Positions 11,355 to 22,764 of a stretch of 30,109 bases of DNA are shown here, in pieces. A program made the position numbers and the translations under genes. How positions within the stretch are numbered: position 1 is the first letter of the stretch; each line of letters begins with the position of its first letter. Under the pieces are notes generated by a model. That model searched no databases. It saw only the letters and a list, made by a program, of their open reading frames with translations, and had not been told where the DNA came from. Source of the stretch: Ginkgo biloba (taxonomy: Eukaryota > Plantae > Ginkgophyta); the NCBI GenBank assembly GCA_024626585.2, contig JANKJI020000002.1:145633016-145663124 (forward strand). The letters run 5' to 3'.

Positions 11355-12140
11355 CATAGGAAGGTATTGATCAAGTTTATATTATCTTAATCAAGGTATC
11401 TTAGTAACATTGAATGAGGTTATATACGTAGGTCATAGTCATATCAATGGAATGGATACATGTGTAACAACCTCGATTAAGGTTCTTGGATACATCAATC
11501 AAGGTACTTATATGTGCATTAAATTAATATAATTAACTTAATAAAGGTATAATACCTCAATCATAGGCTCATCAAACCATAAACAAGATATCATAATTAA
11601 GACATCTCGACTATGGTGTGGCAAACCATCCTTATTTTTAATCTGAACACATTGATTAAGGTTTTTATTATCTTCATCGAGGTATCTTCTTATATTGATT
11701 GAGAAAAATACCTCAATAGTAGGAATGGAAACTTACCAATAAGATCTCATAATTAATATATCTCAATCATGGTTTTACAAGCTACCTATGATTTTTCATC
11801 CATAACCTCGATCGAGATTTATTATTATCTTGATCGAGGTATCTAACTACCTTGATTAAGGTTTCTTACTATCTCGATTGAGGTATATTACTATATTAAT
11901 TAAAGTATAAGATATAAATCAAATGCATACACACTTACCAATAATATCTCATAATTAAGAGATCTTGATCATAGTTTGATAAGTCACCCATGATTTTTCA
12001 TACGTGACCTCGATTAGGGTTTATTACTATACTGATCAAGCTTTCTTACTATCTTGATCAAGGTATATTATTATCTTAATAATAATCATGGAAATTTACC
12101 AACAATATATCATAATTACAAGATATTAATCATGTTTTGA
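11355..12140. repeat. Degenerate hierarchical tandem array (22-bp palindromic subunit inside about 155-200 bp units)
   Basis: Exact 22-bp period at 11841-11862, 11863-11884 and 11885-11906, with a core related to ACCTCGATCGAGGT. Higher-order anchor TTACCAA.AA.AT.TCATAATTA at about 11733, 11935 and 12096, with a partial copy near 11585. Confidence 0.85.
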
Positions 12141-12225
12141 AAATCCATATAAAAGATCAATTCAACTACCATGATCGACGTATTTAAAAAAAAATGATAG
12201 AGGTATTTCCTAAGGGACAATGTCT

Positions 12226-12425
12226 ATCATGGTGTGGAATTATTCATATGGTTTAATACTATGATATATATCATTGTATTTCATAAATGTTAATAAATGT
12301 TATGGTGTAAAATTATACATATGGATTAGTATGATGAGCTTGATCTAGGCGCATTTCATATGTGATAAGCTCTGACATGGTGTGAAATGTTGCATATATT
12401 TTAATACGATGAGCTCATTTGAGGT
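12226..12425. repeat. Degenerate tandem repeat of about 74 bp, about 2.7 copies
   Basis: ATGGTGT.RAAT at 12229, 12302 and 12377, each followed by CATAT..TTA.TA..ATGA. Confidence 0.7.
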
Positions 12426-12799
12426 GTTTGGTTATCATAATTAAGATATTATAGTAGGAAAATATAGATATTTACATTAATGTATCTAAAAATTACTTCC
12501 AAAATATGTGTGTAGGTTGTTTGATATGAAACATACAAGTAGTCNNNNNNNNNNNNNNNNNNNNNNNNNNNNNNNNNNNNNNNNNNNNNNNNNNNNNNNN
12601 NNNNNNNNNNNNNNNNNNNNNNNNNNNNNNNNNNNNNNNNNNNNTTTGGTATTCTTCTTGTTTTGACATCAATTGGGGTGTTCACATTGTCTTGAAGGAT
12701 AAAATATCAATTCCTCCTACTTTGATTAACCTTATTCAATACTTTCTTTGTTTACTCCATATTGAGTACCTTCTCTTGTTCCTTCTTATTAAGTAACCT

Positions 12800-13470
12800 A
12801 TTTTGGAGGAAATGTTACTTGCTTATATTAATCTGGAATATAAATATTATCAACTTCCTATTTCTCCATGGGGGTTCATATTCTAGGTAAAACTTCCTCA
12901 CATGACCTACCTAGTGATGGAGAGAGCACTAGAAAAGGATTTTTTCATAGTATACCTACAATATGAAGACTCTATTATTTAATTCAATATTAGTAGATTC
13001 TATGACATGTTTTTCATACTGAATTCAAACTATATTCTTACTACTCCTCTTATATTATGGTTTAGGGTGTCTTCATCATATTTAAGAACTTTTACCACTA
13101 ATAATCTAATTTTTTCTAATCTATATTTGTATCTAAACTCATCAATAAAGTAAGGGAATTTGACCCAAAATGGGATATTAAATGGGCCTACTTTTTTGGG
13201 GCTAAAGAAAGGTTCCCAAATTCTTAGGGATAATCCTTAGTTTTTATAGAACCATAGACCTCCATACAATATTATTTCAAGATCAATGTTATATTGGAAG
13301 AAATTGTTAAAGTATCCTTTCCCTTTCAACTCAAAATGCATTGACCCCTTGATTAGTCCTCCCTAATCTATTGACACCCATTTTTTACTATGAACATTAA
13401 TGGCTTGGTATATTCTAATAAATCTATACCAAGCTATTAAATTTACCAATCAACATTATAGAACAAATAC
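12800..13470 (-). pseudogene. L1-type LINE ORF1 remnant (DUF4283-like)
   Basis: LIGKF..KKWVSID*GGLIKGSMHFELKGKGYF..ILYGGLWFYKN*GLSLRIWEPFFSP...IPFWVKFP matches the plant LINE ORF1 pattern GxF..GPWF..L.L..W.P.F.P..P.WV.LP. Confidence 0.8.
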
Positions 13471-14015
13471 CTACATAATTCAATTAATATATTCATATAG
13501 GAATTTGACAGTTGTAGTTTCTATATAAAGAATCCCATGGATTTATTTGAAGTATTCCCCCACCAAATAAGGTGATTCCTCCTCCTCATTTCATTATTTA
13601 TGCTATTGTTAGTCCTCCTTTTTTCCAAAAATAAAAAACTCCCTTAATACTTAATATATTGATATCCTTTTATCCTCACAGATCCTTAAGAAGTCCTTCT
13701 TTATTTATAATTTTTATGAAAATGATTCTTCATCCTAAGATAATCCATTATGGGCCTTGTATTTTGGTATTCCTTCTTCATTTTTATAAGAATTAGAGTT
13801 CAATGGGATCCTCTATTCTATTATACTAGGGTACCCCCTCCCTCTATCTAGCTCCTTCATTAATGGTCACTTCTATACATTTAAAAATAATCTTGGACCT
13901 CCTAGTTTTTTATAATCCTCAAAACATCTACTATAATCTACTACTTGGCACTCAAAACCCACCATCTATCTACTTGGGNNNNNNNNNNNNNNNNNNNNNN
14001 NNNNNNNNNNNNNNN

Positions 14016-14227
14016 TATCTTCTTATGTTCCTTCTTGTGCTGTACCCAATGGTCATCAATGGTCATCCAAACTCTTCAATACCTACTAAATTCCAAATTT
14101 TAATATTTATTTAATATTATCAATACTATCTTATAAAACTCCAAAAATATTCTCAACTAAGAACAAAAATTTATTGGAGTTTATATCTCCATGAATATTA
14201 ATATTTATTTTGTAGGGAATATTTATA
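14016..14227 (-). pseudogene. Very decayed protease fragment, probably of the 14328-15800 family
   Basis: ..FGVL*DSIDNIK..LVGIEEF..G*PL/W-like pieces parallel PIGLLPHSIVDL..LDLKGF..G*PW at 15380-15520. Confidence 0.35.
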
Positions 14228-14327
14228 NNNNNNNNNNNNNNNNNNNNNNNNNNNNNNNNNNNNNNNNNNNNNNNNNNNNNNNNNNNNNNNNNNNNNNNNN
14301 NNNNNNNNNNNNNNNNNNNNNNNNNNN

Positions 14328-15800
14328 CAAGAAATATTGAGGTATCATTGGTCCCTCTTCTTCCAATGTTGCCAGCATATTTCCTTTGCTTATAATGGCT
14401 ACAAACTAAGTCACCTCCTAGTTGTAGGATAAAGATTTTACCCTCTGACTCTTCCTGTGTAATTTCTTCCCTCAAACATTGTATCACTCAAAATTTTCGT
14501 TGTTGGGTTTGGGTAATCAAACATTCTTTTTCCTGTGTTACTGGGACTAGTTCCTCGTCGGTTGTTCCTTCTCTATCTTTATTTCTTATCTTCTAGTATA
14601 TGCATAACAAGGTGAGTTATACTTNNNNNNNNNNNNNNNNNNNNTGGTTGGAAGTCTTTGAAAAAATTTCCTTCCAATATCTGCCAACACTTGATGTTAC
14701 CATTAGCTTCCTTTACTTGGTACCAAGTGTAAGGGATTAGATCCAAGGTTTTTTCAAACCTACGTGTCCATTCTTCTTTTGGGACTCTTTCTTTTCTCCA
14801 TAATTCCTTGCATTTGTGGATATGCTCTTGTGGGTTCTACTCCAGTGTAAATTTGTTGATTTCTTCTCTTTCTTCAAACTTGTCACACAATAATATCGAT
14901 GCCTGTTGGAATGTCTTGATCTTATCTTTGTGTCCTCTCCACCATCTTACTTCTACTCCCGCCAGTGACTTTGACATAGTATTGAGTTTATTCTCCTTAT
15001 CTATCGTTNNNNNNNNNNNNNNNNNNNNNNNNNNNNNNNNNNNNNNNNNNCCTCTTGCCATGCGAGTTGTTGTAAATCCAACTTTGGGATGAATTGTACA
15101 ATGAAGCAATTCTGATGAACCAATTCATACTGTTGCATCTTTCATTCATAGATTCTCTAGTCAAAATATGCTAGTGACGTTAGGCTGGGCATGGGGATTT
15201 CTCCTTCCTCCATCAGTTCCTAGTCATCTTCCATTATTATTCTATATGACCGTGTATTTTATAAATTCTCATTGTCCAGATTCATCCTTTCCTCTCAATG
15301 GGACAAGTAACCTTTTCACATCGCTCTTGAATTTCATCCTTTCTTTCTCAATACTAAGTAATGCCTACATCTAATACCCCCATGGTTATCCTACCAACGT
15401 TGTGTATGACCCCTAGAATCCTTTTAGGTCTAAGACTTCAAAGTCTGACCTAACTTCCACTCCCTAGAGGTCTACAATGGAATGTGGTAGAAGTCCAATG
15501 GGCTCTGCCAACTTTTGGTCAATGAACTTTAAATAGTTTGATGTCAGCACCAATTTGGATGCTCCAATGGCCTACCAAATGGTTTTAGGTAANNNNNNNN
15601 NNNNNNNNNNNNNNNNNNNNNNNNNNNNNNNNNNNNNNNNNNNNNNNNNNNNNNNNNNNNNTCAACCTTAGGATCCTTTTCCTTAATGTTCAACCTTGTG
15701 CTTGTGATCTTTTGGAATTCCTTGGTTAAACTAGTTTTTACCTTCTCATCTTTTGAAAAATCAGTAATAGTGATAAGATTAAGGAGTGTTGTCAATTATG
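14328..15800 (-). pseudogene. Athila-like Ty3/gypsy pol N-terminal part: protease, Gag-like domain and pre-RT linker
   Basis: YLKFIDQKLAEPIGLLPHSIVDL*GVEVRSDFEVLDL..YTTLVG*PWG (protease; catalytic DxG would fall in the 15593-15661 gap); KFTLE*NPQEHIHKCKELW..EEWTRRFEKTLDLIPYTWY..IKCWQILEGNFFKDF; then EESEG..NIG linker. Confidence 0.8.
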
Positions 15801-16139
15801 GGACTACATTACTATTTTCCAAAAGTCATAGAAGTTATTTGAGTTGATTTGTCAACTCCAAGTCTCTAGAGTTTGTTTTCATTCTCTCAGGTTCTTCCTC
15901 CTCTAGGTGTCTGAATATGTTGACTGCCTCTAGGTGTCTAAATTATCTAAATATAATTAATGAGTATGGGATTTATTAGTACTATTTTTTTGTGGTGAGA
16001 TCATATTTATGGAAGTTGTTATGATATGACTTGACAATATGCATGAAGAAAAATATATAATGAATACCTAAGAGCTCTCTATAATTGTATATAAGATGAG
16101 TCCCTAGGCATATGATGATGTATTATATGGATAATAAAC

Positions 16140-16520
16140 ATAAAAGGGGCCTAAGTTTGGGTTTTACAATAACTATCATTATCAATTTCTAAAATCAAGT
16201 TGGCCCGAGTGAAGGATGTAATGGGAAATAACAAGGAATGGACCTAGGCTTGAGTAAGTTAAACCCTATCAATTCATTTTACACATTATCCTACTTTACC
16301 ATTCTATAATGACCATGAAGATAAGGGTACATTATGCCTATGAGAGAATTTTTTATTTTTATTTGATGGGAATACTATAGGTAGATTATGGAAATATGAA
16401 CTTCAAATATATAAAGAATGTAATGAAAAATTCCTAGGATCTCTCTTAAATTATAGGTAATTACAAATACTAGGTCTACTAGTGGTGAGTGTTGTACAAA
16501 CTAAATTATTAGTGACCCAA
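16140..16520 (+). pseudogene. Possible second LINE ORF1 (DUF4283-like) remnant
   Basis: Frameshifted pieces FGFY, EITRNGP and GNTIGRLWK occur in the expected order (compare RNGPWF, IGNxLGRFxK). Confidence 0.3.
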
Positions 16521-17256
16521 ACATAAGTAGTATATAATATCATCGATATAAGTGGTATAAATATTATGTGTATAATACAATAATATATATGTTATGTATA
16601 AATCGAGGGGTCTCATGTCTATAAAGGTTTATTTATGCATCATATGGTGCTGACTTATCTCAGGATGAAAAATATATGATCGTAATGATGTCTATCCTCT
16701 ATAAACATAAAAGAAAGGTATTTAAATGATTTAATGGAGTAATTTATTATAATTTATATTATTGGATAGAAACTCATCTAAAATGTGATAAATACAATGC
16801 AAAATATGCTAAAATATAATTTATTAGAAGTAATNNNNNNNNNNNNNNNNNNNNNNNNNATTCACAAGCATGGGTTTTATAAGAACCATTGAGTTATGTG
16901 AAAATTAGCTATAAATAGAGAAAATGTAAGAGTATCATTTATTATGGTAATAATTTCACAAGAGGACAATAACTACTCATTATTATACTTCATTATTACT
17001 AACTAGGTAGTAGAAAGATTATCTAGAGAAGATAGTAATTTAATCGCTGTAAGTGAGCATCCAAGAAAATGCAATAATTTAAAAATGTTGATAACCAAGT
17101 CCATATATAAATTCATAAGAAACTATAACAAGGTCATCCATCCCTATAAATCATAGNNNNNNNNNNNNNNNNNNNNNNNNNNNNNNNNNNNNNNNNNNNN
17201 NNNNNNNNNNNNNNNNNNNNNNNNNNNNNNNNNNNNNNNNNNNNNNNNNNNNNNNN

Positions 17257-17800
17257 CTTAAAATTTTCCCTAATTATGATCCATCCCCTTTAGGGTCAAT
17301 TTTGGCAATTATTGTGGCCATACTTGTGGCTTTAGATAGTGAAATGTGTACAAAAATAAATTATTAATCTTAGTTTTCTATTGTTATGAATTCAGGATAT
17401 CATATGTAAATGCCCTTAAGTTGATACTTACATTAGATAGAATAACATTTCCCTTGTGTATATATGCATATTAGATGTTGACTGATGTATATAGTTGAGG
17501 TGGTCTAGTTTATGTGGGTATTTAACTTTATATTCTATAAGAGTTTAGTTGAGAAACCATAGGAGGATGATTTTGAATCATTTGAACTNNNNNNNNNNGG
17601 AATGGTTGTATAAGTACTTCAATAATTTTGTCATCACCTACCATACATTTCATCCTAGCTAGTAAATAACACTTAGATCTATTATTATCATCAGTGTAAT
17701 AGTATTCATACCATTTCTTACGTGATTTATACATATCTTTATTTAGTCAATAATGTTTATTTTATTTTCTACTTTTATTATTTCTTTAGTTGTTTGTTAG
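17257..17800 (-). pseudogene. Possible gag C-terminus with two decayed CCHC knuckles
   Basis: KKWYEYYYTDDNNRSKCYLL fits C-x2-C-x4-H-x4-C if two Cys decayed to Tyr by G-to-A and His changed to Asn; a second I*CKYQLKG..YP motif lies near 17395-17435. Confidence 0.3.
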
Positions 17801-18438
17801 GGATAATTACCAAATTGTTGTATTTATCATTCACTGCTTCAATCTCTTGAGTGTTATTTCCCTCATGGGGGATTCTATTATTAGCACTTGATTCATGTTG
17901 TTAAATTTCATTAACCTCATGATATTGAAATCTATTTATATTTTATCATGGGGGATATTATTGTGGATTAGAATATTTTGATGATAAAATATTAATAGAT
18001 CGTAGTTGGTTCATCAACTAGTTGAGACAAGTGGAGATTTAGTTGATGTATGGATGTAGTTTCCTAATGAATCTATCACCAGTAATGCCATAATATAAAT
18101 ATATTTTTGAGGATAAAGGTTTTATGAAATAATCATAAATAAGTCTAGTTTTAGAAATAGAGGAATCAACAATTTAATATTTTCTAATTGCATCTTCCTC
18201 ATATATGGATATAAAATATGGACTCAATATTTAATATTAGTTAATAGGATATAAAAAAACACTTAGTATCTTCATATGGATTGATTTAATATTCACATCA
18301 TTCGATATTTTTATAAATTATGAATGGGAGTGGTGATANNNNNNNNNNNNNNNNNNNNNNNNNNNNNNNNNNNNNNNNNNNNNNNNNNNNNNNNNNNNNN
18401 NNNNNNNNNNNNNNNNNNNNNNNNNNNNNNNNNNNNNN

Positions 18439-18902
18439 AAAAATTTAATATAATAAATTATTTCATCCAACACTAATATGGGATCCTTTAATTCATTAAA
18501 TAGATACAAAAAATATTTCTTTGTTAAATATAAGTACTATGCCTATTAATATAGATAATATTAAGTAATAATTATAAATAATATAGAAAAAATGACTAAG
18601 TGTGGGGTAAGAGGTTCTTATATAAAAGTGATATCCTTTTGTGATGATTTCTNNNNNNNNNNNNNNNNNNNNNNNNNNNNNNTCTCCTTAATTGATAGTT
18701 TTACCTACAATAATGGATGTAAGGAAATATAAGGAAAAATATTTTCTAAATAAAAAATATAAGTATGCATAAATAATAATTTACAATAATAGTTTGATCT
18801 CAAAGAATTGATTTCATTAATATATCAACAAGGTGGCAAGAAAATGTTATTCTCTTATAAAATGAGATCATATAATGTGAGGGATTAAAATCCTTTTTTA
18901 CT
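18439..18902 (-). repeat. Probable 3' LTR start, copy 1
   Basis: Minus strand AAAGGAGGAGGGGAGA (PPT) followed by AGTAAAAAAGGATT; the homologous junction at 25049 reads AGGAGGG TATAAGGAGAGGATT; the consensus is consistent with TGTAA. Confidence 0.5.
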
Positions 18903-19760
18903 TCTCCCCTCCTCCTTTACAATAAGTATACATGTCGAAAGAAATGGAAGAAGTCCCCTTAGTATCACAAGATAAAAAATCTTGATGATTCCTTATGATG
19001 AAGTTAAGAATTATGAAGTCATCTCTATGAAGAATGTAAATTATATAATGTAATATGTAATCCATTAGGCAATGGATTAGACATCGTAATAGATATACCC
19101 ATTTATTTTTATAGAAAATGGGTGTATATATTATGAAATTAGTTTGATAACATTTAGAATAGTGAAAACTAGTGAAGTTACACATAGTATAACATATTAT
19201 TTGAGATATAATTTTTGAGGTCATAGATCACTTTATTATGGAAATAATTATGTTCATGCTTATTTATTATCAAATAATAAAACAAGAGAAAATCATGAAT
19301 GTATGTTAAAGTTTGTGAAGTAAAAATAATCTAATGAAATATCATAAATATACCTCAATACAAAATCTATAATTTGCAAAATTCCCTTGTTGTAAGATAA
19401 AACATGATGTATATAGACATTTAATATAATATTTATGGAAACAAGAGGTCCATTAAAGGGACAACAACGTAAATTCATAATATCAATAAAAAAATTAGGT
19501 GTGAAATGCAATATGAGTGATCAAATGGAGTAATATAATATAATGGGTATGAAAAGGGGTGATAATATAATAAAAATATCAATGAAATAAAATGAGTGAA
19601 AGGGGTGAGTAGTGTCATATTAAAAACATGGACAATTAGTAATTCAATAATAATGGAGTGAAAGGGGTGATAATAAGATCCCCTAAATACTAAGGTCCAT
19701 AGTGAGTGCAATGAAATAAAGGTATGAAAGCTTTTAGAAATAGTCCTATGCATAAATTAA
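18903..19760 (-). repeat. LTR-retrotransposon 3' internal region with PPT, copy 1
   Basis: Colinear homology to about 25050-25760 (AACTAGTGAA, ACA.ATAGTATA, ATTTTTGAGGTCATA, ATGATTCCTTA); purine tract at 18903-18918. Confidence 0.7.
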
Positions 19761-20068
19761 TCATAAATAATGGAAACAAAACTCATATGAGGTGATTTTG
19801 TATGTATATATTATACTAAAATATCAAATCAATAATATGACAAAATATATGAAGTTAATACTTATGATGATAATAATATTAATGTTAATGTTAATTCCAC
19901 TTAGGACAAAGTAGTGGACATAGGGAAAAATGGAATTATACTGTTTAAAGTATTTCAAATCACCTAAANNNNNNNNNNNNNNNNNNNNNNNNNNNNNNNN
20001 NNNNNNNNNNNNNNNNNNNNNNNNNNNNNNNNNNNNNNNNNNNNNNNNNNNNNNNNNNNNNNNNNNNN

Positions 20069-21302
20069 CCATTAGAAGCTATCTTTGAATTCTTGATATA
20101 ATGATTAAATATTATTATATTTTTAGGGGGAACAACAATATCCATTGATTATGTGATAAAGATTATTATTTTGAGAGATATTCATAAGGTGTGTCTCACT
20201 AATGTTCATGAGATTTCCCATTTCAAAAACATTAGGAGAAAGAGTTAATATTATCTTCTTAGGAAAAATAATCCTATTTTTAAATAAGAATATAAATTTA
20301 GAATTTNNNNNNNNNNNNNNNNNNNNNNNNNNNNNNNNNNNNNNNNNNNNNNNNNNNNNNNNNNNNNNNNNNNNNNNNGAAATTTTTCCTATATATATTG
20401 ATCTTCATACATGAAATTAATGGTTACCTTATCATTTTCAAAATATCTAAAGTATGGAATTAGTTAATGCTAATGAAATAAACTATTTACAAATAAGGAT
20501 ATTCCCTTATAGGGTCTATAAGAAAAGATATAATCATGAAATAAAAATTAGGAGGAAACTTGATGGGTCCAATACCAACACCCAAGGAGGTATGGANNNN
20601 NNNNNNNNNNNNNNNNNNNNNNNNNNNNNNNNNNNNNNNNNNNNNNNNNNNNNNNNNNNNNNNNNNNNNNNNNNNNNNNNNNNNNNNNNNNNNNNTATGG
20701 TTTAGAATAAACTAGATGATTTCTAATGAATATAACATAGGTGTTATCATTAATATTCATCTCATTATACTTATACTGATATAAAATTATTATAGAACCA
20801 TCAAAATGGAACCTAATCGAGTATATAATAATGACATGACTTCTCCCATAGGGATAATCCAATCTCTTCCTTAAAGAATATTATATTTTAGATTATATTT
20901 TTCATCCTCCATATTAATGAACACTAATTTACCCTCAAAATTAATTGGTAGAGTATTAAGGGTATTTCAAAATAACTTAGGGTATTATCCCAAGATTGGT
21001 GTATATGAACTATGACTATTATGGGAAACACCTAGGGTATTAAAAATGGATTATGACATTATTAAGATAGTATAACCTTCATCAATAATGCACTTAAAAA
21101 TATATACTATTACCTATATGTACCATAGTATTTAATGGGTTTGATGCAATAGAACCCTTCTCAAGTAGAGTATATGGGTCAAAGATAATGATATTATTAA
21201 GAGGTTCCTATCCCACATTTAATACCTTCAATAATTGGGTCTTTTTCGTCAAGAAATATTTGTAAAATATCTAAAATGGGTGTTATAGAAGATATATATG
21301 AC
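20069..21302 (-). pseudogene. Tat/Ogre-like Ty3/gypsy protease and pre-RT region
   Basis: KCIIDEGYTILIMS (catalytic DEG at 21075-21083); LPINFEGKLVFINME; GRDWIIPM; IRFHFDGSII; NVFEMGNLMNISET..NIS..CSP..EFKDSF*W (compare EFRDVFAW). Confidence 0.8.
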
Positions 21303-21534
21303 NNNNNNNNNNNNNNNNNNNNNNNNNNNNNNNNNNNNNNNNNNNNNNNNNNNNNNNNNNNNNNNNNNNNNNNNNNNNNNNNNNNNNNNNNNNNNNNNNN
21401 NNNNNNNNNNNNNNNNNNNNNNNNNNNNNNNNNNNNNNNNNNNNNNNNNNNNNNNNNNNNNNNNNNNNNNNNNNNNNNNNNNNNNNNNNNNNNNNNNNNN
21501 NNNNNNNNNNNNNNNNNNNNNNNNNNNNNNNNNN

Positions 21535-21850
21535 TCAATTGATCTAAGGAAGAATTAGACTGATGGGGTAACTAGCTAAATAACATAATTTCTTCCTTAG
21601 TGAGGGAGTATTAAAACAACCTTAATATAATGGATTCATCATATACATGGGAATTTAAGGAAACCTTATATTTAGTTATATTATGGTGAGGATTCTCATA
21701 ATACCTTATTAAAATCTTTAAGCATATAGGAGGGAATTTATCTAAGCAAAGGTGACCAATAATGATCATGAATTATACATACATTTTCTAAGGAAATAGA
21801 TAGGGAGGAGTTAAAACCTTATAATTATAGTAAGAATGGGTGTTATTAGA
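21535..21850 (-). pseudogene. Tat/Ogre-like gag (Retrotrans_gag N-terminal part)
   Basis: ENPHHNITKY..DESIILRLF*YSLTKE..LFS*LP..SLDQL (compare DP..H..LRLFQ.SL...A..W..LP); upstream of and on the same strand as the protease, across a sized gap. Confidence 0.65.
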
Positions 21851-22744
21851 ATTTTAGATATTATTTACAAACATTTATTCCAAATATAATTTGGTATTAT
21901 TAATATGGTAGATATGGAAAATATGGATTATTTTGCATGGACTGGTAGATTCAACATAAGTTGTTGGAATGAATTAACTCAAAGAGTCTTATTGATTATG
22001 CATTATGAGAGGAATGGTATGGTTAATAATTTATATATTATTATATGAAGGGGTTAATACATATTTCATGACCTTATATGATGAGATATTAACATGAAAT
22101 GGATTCATTATAAGAATTTTTGGAGGTGTAGTGGACACTTCAACTGCAAGAAGAAAAGACTTTTCAAAAGGTGTTTCCATAGAAATACCACTAAGGGAAA
22201 GTGAAAATGTAAAAAATTGGGTCATAAATGTAGTTAAGGGGACTTGAAGATAAAATAATGACATAAAATTATTATTGGATCCCAAAGAAGTTGGTTCTTA
22301 TTCCCTCAATTTAGTAGTAATTTCAATCCTATAAAAATTATACTTAGTGGATGGAATGGGTAAAGACTAGAAAACTTGGTAAAAAATGTCTAAAGAATAA
22401 AGTACTCTAAGATATATAAAAAACCTAATGGAAATTTATATAGGATTTTGGAGTTACAACTCTTGAATAGGACCAAATAATGGTTCCAATGGTAGAAAGG
22501 AAGGTTGAGGAGGAGGCACCCCCTAGTGTGCTCTCGTTAGATCGATGCTTGGAGGGACCTTTGATCCTAGTGGTGGAGAACATAAACTTGAAGCTCTGCA
22601 TAGTTCAAGAAGACCATGCAATGGAGTTGCAACTCCTTATGTTCGATTCAGGAGGTGTTGGCAGGAGAAAAATAAAGTGCTAATTAGTCATAACCTTCAA
22701 GTCCAAAAGGACCGCAGAGATCTTTGGGGTGACCAAGAGGGTGA

Positions 22745-22764
22745 AGTTTTAAGTGGAGACACCA
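22745..22764 (-). other. Possible decayed primer-binding site (tRNA-Arg type)
   Basis: TGGTGTCTCCACTTAAAACT versus the remembered Tat/Ogre-type TGGCGACTCCACTGGGGACT; 4 of 6 mismatches are C-to-T or G-to-A. Upstream of gag, but no LTR CA end precedes it. Confidence 0.25.

Noticed and set aside
11355-12140. CRISPR-like array of palindromic repeats
   Set aside because: The spacers are themselves repeats rather than unique sequences, the period is 22 bp, there are no cas genes and the context is eukaryotic.
16860-17156. Promoter (CTATAAATAG TATA box near 16909)
   Set aside because: Expected by chance in AT-rich DNA or as part of an LTR; no downstream gene or LTR boundary identified.
19930-19968. 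LGDLKYF as a Ty1/copia RT motif
   Set aside because: A seven-residue match at a contig edge with no continuing copia similarity.
20780-20820. FHFDGS as an additional RNase H (FDGS) motif
   Set aside because: It directly follows the GRDW protease motif and fits the protease tail (F.H.G.I) better; no downstream NN.AEY motif.
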